In this document: positions 16,313-24,923 of the stretch, piece after piece
Numbering within the stretch: the stretch's first letter is position 1
Layout of the letters: each line of letters begins with the position of its first letter
Source of the DNA: an uncultured Solirubrobacteraceae bacterium
GTDB lineage: Bacteria > Actinomycetota > Thermoleophilia > Solirubrobacterales > Solirubrobacteraceae
Assembly (NCBI GenBank): GCA_964588985.1
Contig: CAZPQW010000007.1
Coordinates: 1-64,000, forward strand
Reading direction: 5' to 3'
Length of the DNA stretch: 64,000 bases
The notes under the pieces: model-generated
The model's database searches: none
What the model saw: only the letters and a program-made list of their open reading frames with translations
What the model was told of the DNA's origin: nothing
Program-made: the position numbers and the translations under genes

Positions 16313-17623
16313 TCAGAGGCTCGCGGGCCCGCTCATGGCGCGTGCGCTCGAGCGCGCCGCGTAGAGCCCGACGTCCGCGTGTGCGGCCAGCATCGGCGCC
16401 TGCAGTCCGTCATCCGGGCAGATCGCGGCCCCAAGCACGACCGCCAATGGCGCCTGTCGATGGCGCACAGCGGAGGACACCGCGCGCGTCAGGCGCTCGG
16501 TGAGCCTGTCGGCGCCCGCACGGTCGGTGTCGAGCGCAAGCAGCCAGTAGCGACCGGGGCTCTCGCACGTCAGCGACCCTGGTCCCACGGCTCGCAGCTC
16601 GTCGGCGAGAACGTCCTGTACGCGCTTGGCCAGCCGCTCGAGCTCCTCTGGCGGCTCGCCGCGGCGGAGGCTGTCGATCTCCACGAGCTCCACGAGCAGC
16701 ACCGCAAACGGACGCCCGTCTTCCTGGAAGCGAGTCAGCTGGTGACCGATCGACCCGATCCAGGCGGCCGGCCCCTCGGCTCCGCGTTCGTCTCGGATCT
16801 CGATTTCCTCCCGCCCCCCCGATGGGAGCACCGGCGGGGACTCGTCCCAGGACAGCGGTCGCTCGTCCACACGTGCCACGGGGGTCACCGGCTGGCCGAC
16901 AGGCACCGAAGGGACAGGCAACACGGGCGGAGACTCATCCCACGACGACGGCCGTTCCTCCGATGGGCGTGAGCCGGGCGGCGTCCGGCGCTCGGCTCGA
17001 GGCTCTCGCGACACCGGTAGCTGAACCTCCGTGTGCTCGTCCACGATCACAGCATCCGCCGGGAACGCATGAGCCGTTTCGCGTGCGTCGCGACCGCTCG
17101 CCGTCGCGACCGCATCGTCGTCGACCGATGGAGCGCCGGCGGGTCCCATCGCCGCCACGGCGGCGGCCAGAGCGGACGAGCAGACATAGCCGAGCCGATC
17201 CGCCGCGTCGGCCACCATCCGCGGAGGTGGAGCGCGGAGCTCTTCGAGCAGCGCCCCCCAGAGCACGCCGCGCAACGCCTCGACCGCGTCGACCGTCGCC
17301 TCGGCATCGTCCGCGCCCGCCATCGATGCCAATCCCAGCGCTTGCGCCGAGCGCTCGCGCCCACTCGAGCCCCCGCGACCGGTCAGTCGATCCAGCTCCA
17401 CGTCCGATTGCAACGCACGAAGCACCTGCGAGCACAGGGCGGGAGCCTCGCGGGAGAGCTCGCCGAGCGGGATGCCCGCGAGACGATCCATGGAGCCGCC
17501 CGCGACGAGGGCGATCGCCCAGCCCCTGGCGAGATCCTCGGCGCGTGCCACCAGCGCGTCCACCGGGAGGTCGGCCACCACCCGCGCGCGTGGCGAGGAG
17601 CGTGATCTGGGAGCGTCGGCCAT
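16313..17623 (-). CDS. Degenerate GGDEF-domain protein with a helical N-terminal domain and repeat-containing linker
   Basis: C-terminal PFAVLLVELVEID...ESPGRYWLL...LGAAICPDDG...LAAHADVGLYAAR follows the GGDEF fold pattern but lacks GG(D/E)EF. Confidence 0.75.
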   Translation of the reverse strand: MADAPRSRSSPRARVVADLPVDALVARAEDLARGWAIALVAGGSMDRLAGIPLGELSREAPALCSQVLRALQSDVELDRLTGRGGSSGRERSAQALGLASMAGADDAEATVDAVEALRGVLWGALLEELRAPPPRMVADAADRLGYVCSSALAAAVAAMGPAGAPSVDDDAVATASGRDARETAHAFPADAVIVDEHTEVQLPVSREPRAERRTPPGSRPSEERPSSWDESPPVLPVPSVPVGQPVTPVARVDERPLSWDESPPVLPSGGREEIEIRDERGAEGPAAWIGSIGHQLTRFQEDGRPFAVLLVELVEIDSLRRGEPPEELERLAKRVQDVLADELRAVGPGSLTCESPGRYWLLALDTDRAGADRLTERLTRAVSSAVRHRQAPLAVVLGAAICPDDGLQAPMLAAHADVGLYAARSSARAMSGPASL

Positions 17624-17712
17624 GTGTGTTGAATATCAGCAAGCGTGGACGCGACCGCCCGTGCCCATCGCCTGGGGATAGCCTGCAGACACGTGCAGAG
17701 GCCAAAGCCGAC

Positions 17713-18402
17713 ATGACGGGCGTCTGGGTCGCCGTCGCCGCTTGCGCGATCCTCCTTGCGGGCTCGGTGCGTCTCCTACTCCTCTCGCGTGCGCGCAGAC
17801 GAGGCGGCGCGCACGAGCGGGCAAGCGTCGCGGGCCTCACCGACTCCACCTCGCTCGATCAGGACACCGGCGCGGTTCGCTCAGTGCAGTGCGCGGACCT
17901 GCTGATCGACGAGGATGCGCTCGAGGAGATCTGGACACCAGCCCACCTAGAGCGTCTGGCTCGGACCTACTGGCGTTTTCTCACGCGTGTCACGCTTGGC
18001 CTGATCCGCGTCCGCTACACCGAGCGGGAGCGATCCGTGGTGCTGCTGATCGCCCCGTTGAAGCTCCTGACCTTCCGGGCGCCCGAATACGAGATCACCC
18101 CCACGCGCGGGATGGTGCGCTGGCGCCTCGAGCGTGGACTGCTCGTGGCCAAGCGCGGCCACGGCGGCGGCCACCTGCAGATCGAGGTGCAGCGAAGCTC
18201 GAGCGAGGACCCCAAGCGTTCGCGTCTACAGGTGGAGGTGGAGGTGGCGAACTTCCATCCCGCCATCGCCTCCGGGCTGGGACGCTGGCTTTACAACGCC
18301 ACCCAATCACGCATCCACGTGATCGTCACGTATGGCTTCCTGCGCTCGCTCGCCCGGCTCGATCTCGCGCAGTCGCGCGTGGGGAGCCTCGACGGCGCAT
18401 AG
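17713..18402 (+). CDS. Conserved-looking hypothetical protein with N-terminal TM anchor
   Basis: N-terminal TM, then GAVRSVQ...LERLARTYWRFL...LYNATQSRIHV; host-like codon use. Confidence 0.7.
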   Translation: MTGVWVAVAACAILLAGSVRLLLLSRARRRGGAHERASVAGLTDSTSLDQDTGAVRSVQCADLLIDEDALEEIWTPAHLERLARTYWRFLTRVTLGLIRVRYTERERSVVLLIAPLKLLTFRAPEYEITPTRGMVRWRLERGLLVAKRGHGGGHLQIEVQRSSSEDPKRSRLQVEVEVANFHPAIASGLGRWLYNATQSRIHVIVTYGFLRSLARLDLAQSRVGSLDGA

Positions 18403-18403
18403 C

Positions 18404-18937
18404 TCACGTGCCCGTGTAGCGCACGTGGCCGGCGCTGTCGACCTCGCGCACCGCGAACGGGTAGCGGCGGGTCTGGCCACGCACGACCGCCGTGCACCGG
18501 AAGACGATCCCTGCCCGCTGCAGCACCTCGGACGGACACGACGCCGTCGCGTGCAGGCGACGCTGGTTGAAGACCGATGCCTCGATCGCCCGCTGAACCC
18601 TTGCGATGTTCAGCACGACCAGCGGCCTGTCATCTTGGTAGCGCACGCGGCCGCTTCCGTCGATCTCGGTGACCGTCACCGGATAGGTGCCCACATCGAG
18701 GTGCGCCGTGCACGTGAACGTGCGGCCCGACTGCTGCGGCACCCGCGACGGACAGCTCACGACCGCGTGGATCTTGCGCTCTTCGAGGATCGACTTCGCG
18801 ATCGCACGCTCGACCGACGCGCTGTTCAGATGCCGCTCGCTCGATCCGCACGCGCTCAAGCCAGCGGCCACGAAGATGGCCGAGACGACGCCCACCGTCA
18901 AGCGCACCCAGCGCGGCGACGAGCCGACCGAGATCAC
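18404..18937 (-). CDS. Lipoprotein with two DUF4333-like domains
   Basis: Lipobox LSAC and two repeats of L-N...VxRAI...SCP...GxxFxC...VxVxExDxxGxVRY; start uncertain (18937 or 18907). Confidence 0.75.
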   Translation of the reverse strand: MISVGSSPRWVRLTVGVVSAIFVAAGLSACGSSERHLNSASVERAIAKSILEERKIHAVVSCPSRVPQQSGRTFTCTAHLDVGTYPVTVTEIDGSGRVRYQDDRPLVVLNIARVQRAIEASVFNQRRLHATASCPSEVLQRAGIVFRCTAVVRGQTRRYPFAVREVDSAGHVRYTGT

Positions 18938-18938
18938 G

Positions 18939-20975
18939 TCAGCCCACGACCGTGATGTAGAGCAGTGCTTTTGCGGCCGGAGCCGTCGTGAACACCACTT
19001 CAACCGATTTCGCGCTAATCGCCTTGACTTTGTAGCTGGCGCTCGGTTCGACTTCGCCCGGTTCTTCCGCTTCGCCTGTCTGGACGGTCACCTCGACGAG
19101 GCGGGTTTCGAGATTGTGTTCGATCACCCATTCTTTTTTCGCCCCGTTGCCCACGATCGCGGCCGAGACCTTTCGTGTGGGTGAGGCCGCGGCGACAGCG
19201 ACCGCGCCTTCTGCGGGTTTCGCGGGCTTCGCGCTCGGCGCGGCGAGCTTCGTCGCGCTCACCGCTCCTTTCTTGATCTTCGCTTCACTCACGGCTTCCG
19301 CCCCCAGCAGCGCTTCGGTGACAGCCAGGAGCTTGATCTTCGCCGTTTCAACCACTTCCGCTCCGAGCTTGGCCGCGGTAACAGCTTCTTTGGCGAGGTC
19401 GACCGTGATGACCGATTCCGCGCCGATCACCCCAGCTTCGCCTTTTTCGCCCTTTTCCCCTTTTTCGCCTTTCGCTCCCGCGGCTCCAGTCGCGCCAGTG
19501 GGGCCTGTCGCACCAGTTGCCCCAGTCGCGCCTTTTTCGCCTTTTTCGCCTTTTTCGCCTTTCGCTCCCGCGGCCCCAGCCGCACCTGTAGCGCCCGTCG
19601 CCCCAGTCGCGCCTTTTTCGCCTTTTTCGCCTTTTTCGCCTTTCGCTCCGGCAGCACCCGTCGCGCCGGTGAGCCCAGTCGCGCCAGTCGCGCCTTTTTC
19701 GCCTTTTTCGCCTTTCGCGCCAGCGGCGCCCGTCGCACCAGTGGCGCCGGTCGCGCCTTTTTCACCGGTCGCACCTTTTTCGCCCGTTGCGCCTTGAGGC
19801 CCTTGCGACCCGGTCGCACCTTGGGATCCTTCTTTGCCTTCAGGGCCGGTGAGCCCCGCTTCGCCCGGCGCGCCCTGTGAGCCGGGCGCACCCTGCGGCC
19901 CTTCTTTGCCTTCCGGACCGACACCTCCCGTCGCGCCTTCTTTGCCTTCAGCTCCGGCAGCGCCCACTTCGCCCCGGACACCCTGCGGGCCTGTCGCACC
20001 CTGGGAGCCTTCTCTGCCTTCCGGACCCGCAGCCCCAGTCGCGCCTTGAGCGCCTTCTTTGCCTTCAGGTCCAGCGGCGCCGGTTTCGCCTTGTACACCC
20101 TGCGGGCCTTCTTTGCCTTCCAGGCCGACGGCACCCGTTTCACCTTTGATGCCCTGAATGCCTTTGGCGCCTTCGATGCCTTCTTTGCCTTCCGGACCGG
20201 TCGCTCCCGTTTGACCTTTCACGCCCTGGAGGCCTCTTGCGCCTTCTTTGCCTTCCGGCCCCTGAGCACCGACCGCACCCTGTGGCCCTTCTGGACCTTC
20301 GGGGCCCGGAGCACCGGTCTGGCCGGGTACGCCCTGAGCGCCGGTCGCGCCCTGCGGCCCTTCTTTGCCTTCGGCGCCGGACGGTCCTTCTTTGCCTTCC
20401 GGCCCCGGCACACCGGCGCCCGGCGGGCCTTCTTTGCCTTCGGGGCCACGCGGGCCTTCTTTGCCCGCAGGTCCAGCGGCGCCGGTTTCGCCTTTGACGC
20501 CCTGGGCTCCAGCGACTCCCTGTTTGCCTTCCGGCCCGGCGGCGCCAACTTTGCCTTCCGCGCCCGCGGCGCCCGTTTCGCCCTTGACGCCCTGCAGACC
20601 GGCCTTTCCTTCAGCGCCGGCAGCCCCCCTGGCGCCTTCCCTGCCTTCGGCGCCTCTTTCGCCCTGCGGGCCCGACGGCCCGGTCGCTCCCTGCGCGCCT
20701 TCCCTGCCCTGCGGCCCGGCAGGTCCTGCCGGCCCCGCGGGACCCGCCGGACCTCGCGCCACCCTGCGAGCACGCTTGGCCTTCGCTGCCGCGGCGCGCC
20801 GCCGTCGGCGGATCGTCGGTTCGGCATGCGAGCTGTCCGCGAGCATCAGGCGTGCGCCGTCGCCGGCGTTCGCGGCAGTCCTCGGCTCGCCGCTGGCGAG
20901 CAGCACTCCAACTCCCATCGAGAACAGGATTGCGAGCGCGCCGATTAGCGAGCGACGTGCGACCGATCGGAACAT
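18939..20975 (-). CDS. Secreted collagen-like protein with a tail-fibre-like C-terminal domain
   Basis: Signal peptide, about 148 Gly-X-Y triplets, 10-residue AVTAAKL-type repeats, terminal IEHNLETRLVEV...VVFTTAP domain. Confidence 0.92.
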   Translation of the reverse strand: MFRSVARRSLIGALAILFSMGVGVLLASGEPRTAANAGDGARLMLADSSHAEPTIRRRRRAAAAKAKRARRVARGPAGPAGPAGPAGPQGREGAQGATGPSGPQGERGAEGREGARGAAGAEGKAGLQGVKGETGAAGAEGKVGAAGPEGKQGVAGAQGVKGETGAAGPAGKEGPRGPEGKEGPPGAGVPGPEGKEGPSGAEGKEGPQGATGAQGVPGQTGAPGPEGPEGPQGAVGAQGPEGKEGARGLQGVKGQTGATGPEGKEGIEGAKGIQGIKGETGAVGLEGKEGPQGVQGETGAAGPEGKEGAQGATGAAGPEGREGSQGATGPQGVRGEVGAAGAEGKEGATGGVGPEGKEGPQGAPGSQGAPGEAGLTGPEGKEGSQGATGSQGPQGATGEKGATGEKGATGATGATGAAGAKGEKGEKGATGATGLTGATGAAGAKGEKGEKGEKGATGATGATGAAGAAGAKGEKGEKGEKGATGATGATGPTGATGAAGAKGEKGEKGEKGEAGVIGAESVITVDLAKEAVTAAKLGAEVVETAKIKLLAVTEALLGAEAVSEAKIKKGAVSATKLAAPSAKPAKPAEGAVAVAAASPTRKVSAAIVGNGAKKEWVIEHNLETRLVEVTVQTGEAEEPGEVEPSASYKVKAISAKSVEVVFTTAPAAKALLYITVVG
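19422..20753 (-). repeat. Gly-X-Y collagen-coding repeat region
   Basis: 9-nt periodicity, e.g. repeated GCCTTTTTC and TTCTTTGCC on the + strand; one GPP-GA-GVP interruption. Confidence 0.95.
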
Positions 20976-21242
20976 GTGAGCTCTTCTTGTTGCAATATTT
21001 GGAAGACGCGAATCGTTTCCAGGGACCGAAACAGACTCGCGCCCCGACGGCCCTAGATACGCGTCGTGTCAAACGACACCTCCCGAGATCCCCCGAAAGT
21101 GTCAAGGATTGCGGGGAACTACTCATGATTTGCGTGAAGCAACCGACCCATGTGACCAGTCCTGATCCACGCGCGTAGAGCCGCGCGCGGAAGCACGAGC
21201 AATGCATTGCGATATTTCGAACGCTGCGTTCGGGAGGCTCGT

Positions 21243-22250
21243 CTAATGTGAGAGGCGCGCGTCGCCGACGGCGCGCAGCTTCGCGCGGTCGTGCGTGGCC
21301 TTTATGCGCCTGATCGTGCCCGAGCGAGAGCGGGTGACGAGCGATTCGGTCGTCGCACCGCCCGCGTGGGGGTAGCGCACGCCCTGCAGCACGTCGCCGT
21401 CGGTGATGCCGGTGGCGGAGAAGAACACATCATCGCCCGCGACCAGATCGTCGCGGTCGAGCACGCGCTCGAGGTCATAGCCAGCGTCGAGCGCGGCCTT
21501 GCGCTCCTCATCGTCGCGCGGCCACAGCCGGCCGAGCAGCTGACCGCCGAGGCACTTCACCGCCGCGGCCGAGATCACGCCCTCCGGCGTGCCGCCGATG
21601 CCCCACAGCAGATCCACCGTCGAGCGCTCGGTAACCGCGAGCAGCGCCGCGGAGACGTCGCCGTGCGCGATCAGTCGCACGCGCCCGCCAGCAGCGCGGA
21701 TCGCCGCTATGCCCTCCTCGTGGCGCGGACGATCGAGCACCACCGCCATAACGTCGCCCACCGGGCAGCCCTTGCGCTCGGCCACAAGCCTCACGGTGTC
21801 GCCGAGCGGACGGTCGAGGTCGAGCAGGTCCGCGATCTCCGGGGCGCCCGCCATCTTCTCCATGTACACGCACGGGCCCGGGTCGAACATCGTCCCGCGC
21901 GCCGACAGCGCGATCACCGCCAGCGCGCTCGGCATGCCGTGCGCGGCGAGCGTCGTGCCCTCAAGCGGGTCGACAGCGATGTCCACCTGCGGCGGTGAGC
22001 CGTCGCCGATCTGCTCGCCGTTGTAGAGCATCGGCGCCTCGTCCTTCTCGCCCTCGCCGATCACCACGATTCCGTCCATCTGTATGGAGTGGAGCATGTA
22101 GCGCATGCCATCCACCGCGGCCTGGTCGGCGGCCTCCTTGTCGCCCATCCCGACCAGCGGCGCGGCCGCGAGCGCGGCCGCCTCCGTCACGCGGACGAGC
22201 TCCAGCGCAAGGTTGCGGTCGGGGAGTTGGGGGGTCGATTCGGTGCTCAC
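21243..22250 (-). CDS. glpX: Fructose-1,6-bisphosphatase class II
   Basis: RNLALELVRVTEAAA, VIGEGEKDEAPMLYNGE, DIAVDPLEGT, YMEK, GIGGTPEGV. Confidence 0.96.
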   Translation of the reverse strand: MSTESTPQLPDRNLALELVRVTEAAALAAAPLVGMGDKEAADQAAVDGMRYMLHSIQMDGIVVIGEGEKDEAPMLYNGEQIGDGSPPQVDIAVDPLEGTTLAAHGMPSALAVIALSARGTMFDPGPCVYMEKMAGAPEIADLLDLDRPLGDTVRLVAERKGCPVGDVMAVVLDRPRHEEGIAAIRAAGGRVRLIAHGDVSAALLAVTERSTVDLLWGIGGTPEGVISAAAVKCLGGQLLGRLWPRDDEERKAALDAGYDLERVLDRDDLVAGDDVFFSATGITDGDVLQGVRYPHAGGATTESLVTRSRSGTIRRIKATHDRAKLRAVGDARLSH

Positions 22251-22297
22251 GGACGCATGAAACCTATACCAGCGGGCGCTGCCACTACGATCGTGGC

Positions 22298-23953
22298 GTG
22301 AGCGACCCCAACCTGACCGTCACGGCCCGCGTTCCCGCCTCGCTCACCCCCCTCCTCCAGGAGAGCCTCGTACTCGCCGCGGAGCAACAGGTCGAGCGGC
22401 GGCTGCGTGAAGGCAACGCCACGCTGTGGGCGCCCCCAGGCACGCCAGAGGTGGCAAACCGCCTCGGCTGGCTCACGATCGCCGAGCGGATGCTCGCGGA
22501 GCTCGCCGAGGTGGAGGCGTTCGCCGCGGACGTCCGCGAGCAGGGTTTCCAGGATGTGGTGCTGCTGGGCATGGGCGGCTCCTCACTCGCGCCGGAGGTC
22601 CTGCGCCGCTCCTTCGGCGCGCGCGCCGGCGAGCCTCGCCTGCACGTCCTGGACTCCACCGACGCGGAGGACATCCGGGCGGTGCACGACGCGGTCGACC
22701 CACTGCGGACGCTGTTCGTAGTCTCCTCCAAGTCGGGGGGCACGATCGAGCCGCTTTCGTTGTTCGCGCACTTCTGGTCGACCGTGGAAGACGGCGGGCA
22801 CTTCGTCGCGATCACCGACCCCGGCTCGGGTCTCGAGCAGCTCGCGCGCGAGCACGGGTTCCGCAGGATCTTCGCCGGCGACCCCAACATCGGTGGGCGC
22901 TACAGCGCGCTGTCCGCGTTCGGCATCGTGCCCGCCGCGTTGACCGGAGTGGACGTGCGCGCCCTGCTGAGCGGCGCGAGCGGAGCGTGGGAGACTGCGC
23001 TCTCGACCGTCGACGACGCGCAGGAGCCGGCGCCCGCGCAGCAGACCGCGGCGGTGTGGCTGGGAGCGGCGCTCAGCGCGCTCGCGCGCGCCGGGCGCGA
23101 CAAGCTCACGTTCGTCATCGCCGAGTCGCTGCCCGGCCTCGGCCTGTGGCTCGAGCAGCTCGTCGCCGAGTCCACCGGCAAGCACGGCACCGGCATCCTC
23201 CCCGTCGCGGACGAGCCGCTCGGCGAGCCCGCCGTGTACGGCGAGGACCGCGTGTTCGCCTACCTCCCCGACCTCGGCGCCCCAGACCCCGCCCTCGATG
23301 CGCGCGTGTCCGCGCTCGCGCAGGCGGGACATCCCGTGATCACGATCCCCACTCGCGGCCCGGGCGACCTCGGGCGCGTGTTCCTCCTCGCCGAGCTCGC
23401 GGTGGCCGTGGCCGGCTGGGGCCTATCCATAAATCCATATGACCAGCCCAACGTGCAACAGGCCAAGGATGCGACCAAGCGCGTGTTGGACGACTACGAA
23501 GCCAAGCACGAGCTTCCGGCAGTGGACGGTGCGCAGGAGACCGCGCTCCGTGCCCTGCTGCTCGACGGCGCCCCGCCGGACTACGTTGCGATCATGGCCT
23601 ACCTGAAGCCCTCGCCCGAGTTCGACGAGGCCGCCGGGGAGCTGCGCGCGGCGATCCGCGAGCGCACCAAGACCACGACCACGTTCGGCTACGGCCCGCG
23701 GTTCCTGCACTCCACCGGCCAGTTCCACAAGGGCGGCCCGCGCACCGGGCGCTTCCTGCAGCTGGTTCACGACGGACCGGATGACGTGGAGATACCGGGC
23801 GCGTCGTACACCTTCACAACGCTCAAGAACGCGCAGGCGATCGGCGACCTGAACACGCTGCGCGACAACGGACTGCCCGCGGAGCGAGTGCGACTCGAAG
23901 GCGATGATCCTGTGAGCGCCCTGCGCGCTCTCACCGCAACCCTCAAGGAGTAA
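22298..23953 (+). CDS. pgi: Glucose-6-phosphate isomerase (SIS type, like the Pgi half of Tal-Pgi fusions)
   Basis: RLGWL, GMGGSSL, SSKSGGTIE, IGGRYSALS, EQLVAESTGK, NPYDQPNVQQAK, GPRFLHSTGQFHKGG. Confidence 0.9.
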   Translation: MSDPNLTVTARVPASLTPLLQESLVLAAEQQVERRLREGNATLWAPPGTPEVANRLGWLTIAERMLAELAEVEAFAADVREQGFQDVVLLGMGGSSLAPEVLRRSFGARAGEPRLHVLDSTDAEDIRAVHDAVDPLRTLFVVSSKSGGTIEPLSLFAHFWSTVEDGGHFVAITDPGSGLEQLAREHGFRRIFAGDPNIGGRYSALSAFGIVPAALTGVDVRALLSGASGAWETALSTVDDAQEPAPAQQTAAVWLGAALSALARAGRDKLTFVIAESLPGLGLWLEQLVAESTGKHGTGILPVADEPLGEPAVYGEDRVFAYLPDLGAPDPALDARVSALAQAGHPVITIPTRGPGDLGRVFLLAELAVAVAGWGLSINPYDQPNVQQAKDATKRVLDDYEAKHELPAVDGAQETALRALLLDGAPPDYVAIMAYLKPSPEFDEAAGELRAAIRERTKTTTTFGYGPRFLHSTGQFHKGGPRTGRFLQLVHDGPDDVEIPGASYTFTTLKNAQAIGDLNTLRDNGLPAERVRLEGDDPVSALRALTATLKE

Positions 23954-23955
23954 AA

Positions 23956-24921
23956 GTGACGCAGATCGGCTTCGTCGGGCTGGGCAAGATGGGCGGGAAC
24001 ATGGTTCACCGCATCCGCCGCGACTCCGATCACGAGGTCGTCGCGTTCGACTTCGACGAGAAGGCCGTAAAGCTCGCCGTCAAAAACGGCGCCTCCGGCG
24101 CGAGCACGCTCAAAGACCTCGTCAAGCAGCTGCAGGCGCCGCGGATCGTGTGGATCATGGTCCCCGCGGGCGCGCCCACGCAGGAAACCGTCGACAAGCT
24201 CGCCAAGCTGCTCGACCGCGGCGACACGATCGTCGACGGCGGCAACTCCAAGTGGACCGACGACAAGCGCCGAGCTACGGAACTGAAGAAGGCTGGCATC
24301 GACTACGTCGATGTGGGCACCAGCGGCGGCGTCTGGGGCCTCGAGGTCGGCTACTGCATGATGGTCGGCGGACCGCCCAAAGCGGTCAAACGCCTCGCGC
24401 CGATCCTCGACGTGCTCGCCCCCGAGACCAATGAGCAGAGCCTCGCCGCGATCGGCCCGCGCGGCTGGCTGCGCTTCGGCAACTCCGGCGCGGGGCACTA
24501 CGTGAAGATGGTCCACAACGGCGTCGAGTACGGGCTCATGCAGGCCTACGCAGAGGGCTTCGACCTGTTCGACAAGTGCGAGTACGAGCTCGACAACGCC
24601 AAGATCGCGCACCTGTGGGGACAGGGCTCGGTCGTGCGCTCATGGCTGTGCGAACTCGCCGCGCGAGCCTTCGAGGCCGACGGCAACGACCTCAGCTCGC
24701 TCGAGGGCTACACCGAGGACTCCGGCGAGGGACGCTGGACGATCGAGGACGCCACCGCCCGCGACGTGCCCACCCCCGTCATCACCGCGTCGCTCTACGC
24801 CCGCTTTCGCTCGCGCGGCAACGGCGACTTCGCCGACCGCGTGCTCTCCGCGCTGCGCAACCAGTTCGGCGGCCACGCCGTCAAGAGCGCGCCGGGCGCC
24901 AAACGCGGCGGAGGACGCTGA
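23956..24921 (+). CDS. gnd: 6-phosphogluconate dehydrogenase, decarboxylating (short type)
   Basis: GLGKMG, VDGGNS, DVGTSGGVWG, GHYVKMVHNGVEYG, DSGEGRWT, RNQFGGH. Confidence 0.96.
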   Translation: MTQIGFVGLGKMGGNMVHRIRRDSDHEVVAFDFDEKAVKLAVKNGASGASTLKDLVKQLQAPRIVWIMVPAGAPTQETVDKLAKLLDRGDTIVDGGNSKWTDDKRRATELKKAGIDYVDVGTSGGVWGLEVGYCMMVGGPPKAVKRLAPILDVLAPETNEQSLAAIGPRGWLRFGNSGAGHYVKMVHNGVEYGLMQAYAEGFDLFDKCEYELDNAKIAHLWGQGSVVRSWLCELAARAFEADGNDLSSLEGYTEDSGEGRWTIEDATARDVPTPVITASLYARFRSRGNGDFADRVLSALRNQFGGHAVKSAPGAKRGGGR

Positions 24922-24923
24922 CG

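Noticed and set aside
18939-19420. Prophage remnant suggested by the tail-fibre-like domain
   Set aside because: No other phage genes, and the domain is part of a signal-peptide-bearing host protein.
19422-19800. Regular short DNA repeats that might suggest a CRISPR array or VNTR
   Set aside because: The 9-nt period encodes Gly-X-Y; there are no unique spacers and no cas genes.
19114-20979. Plus-strand ORFs with PFS/PVA/PSG repeats
   Set aside because: Antisense reading of the collagen gene.
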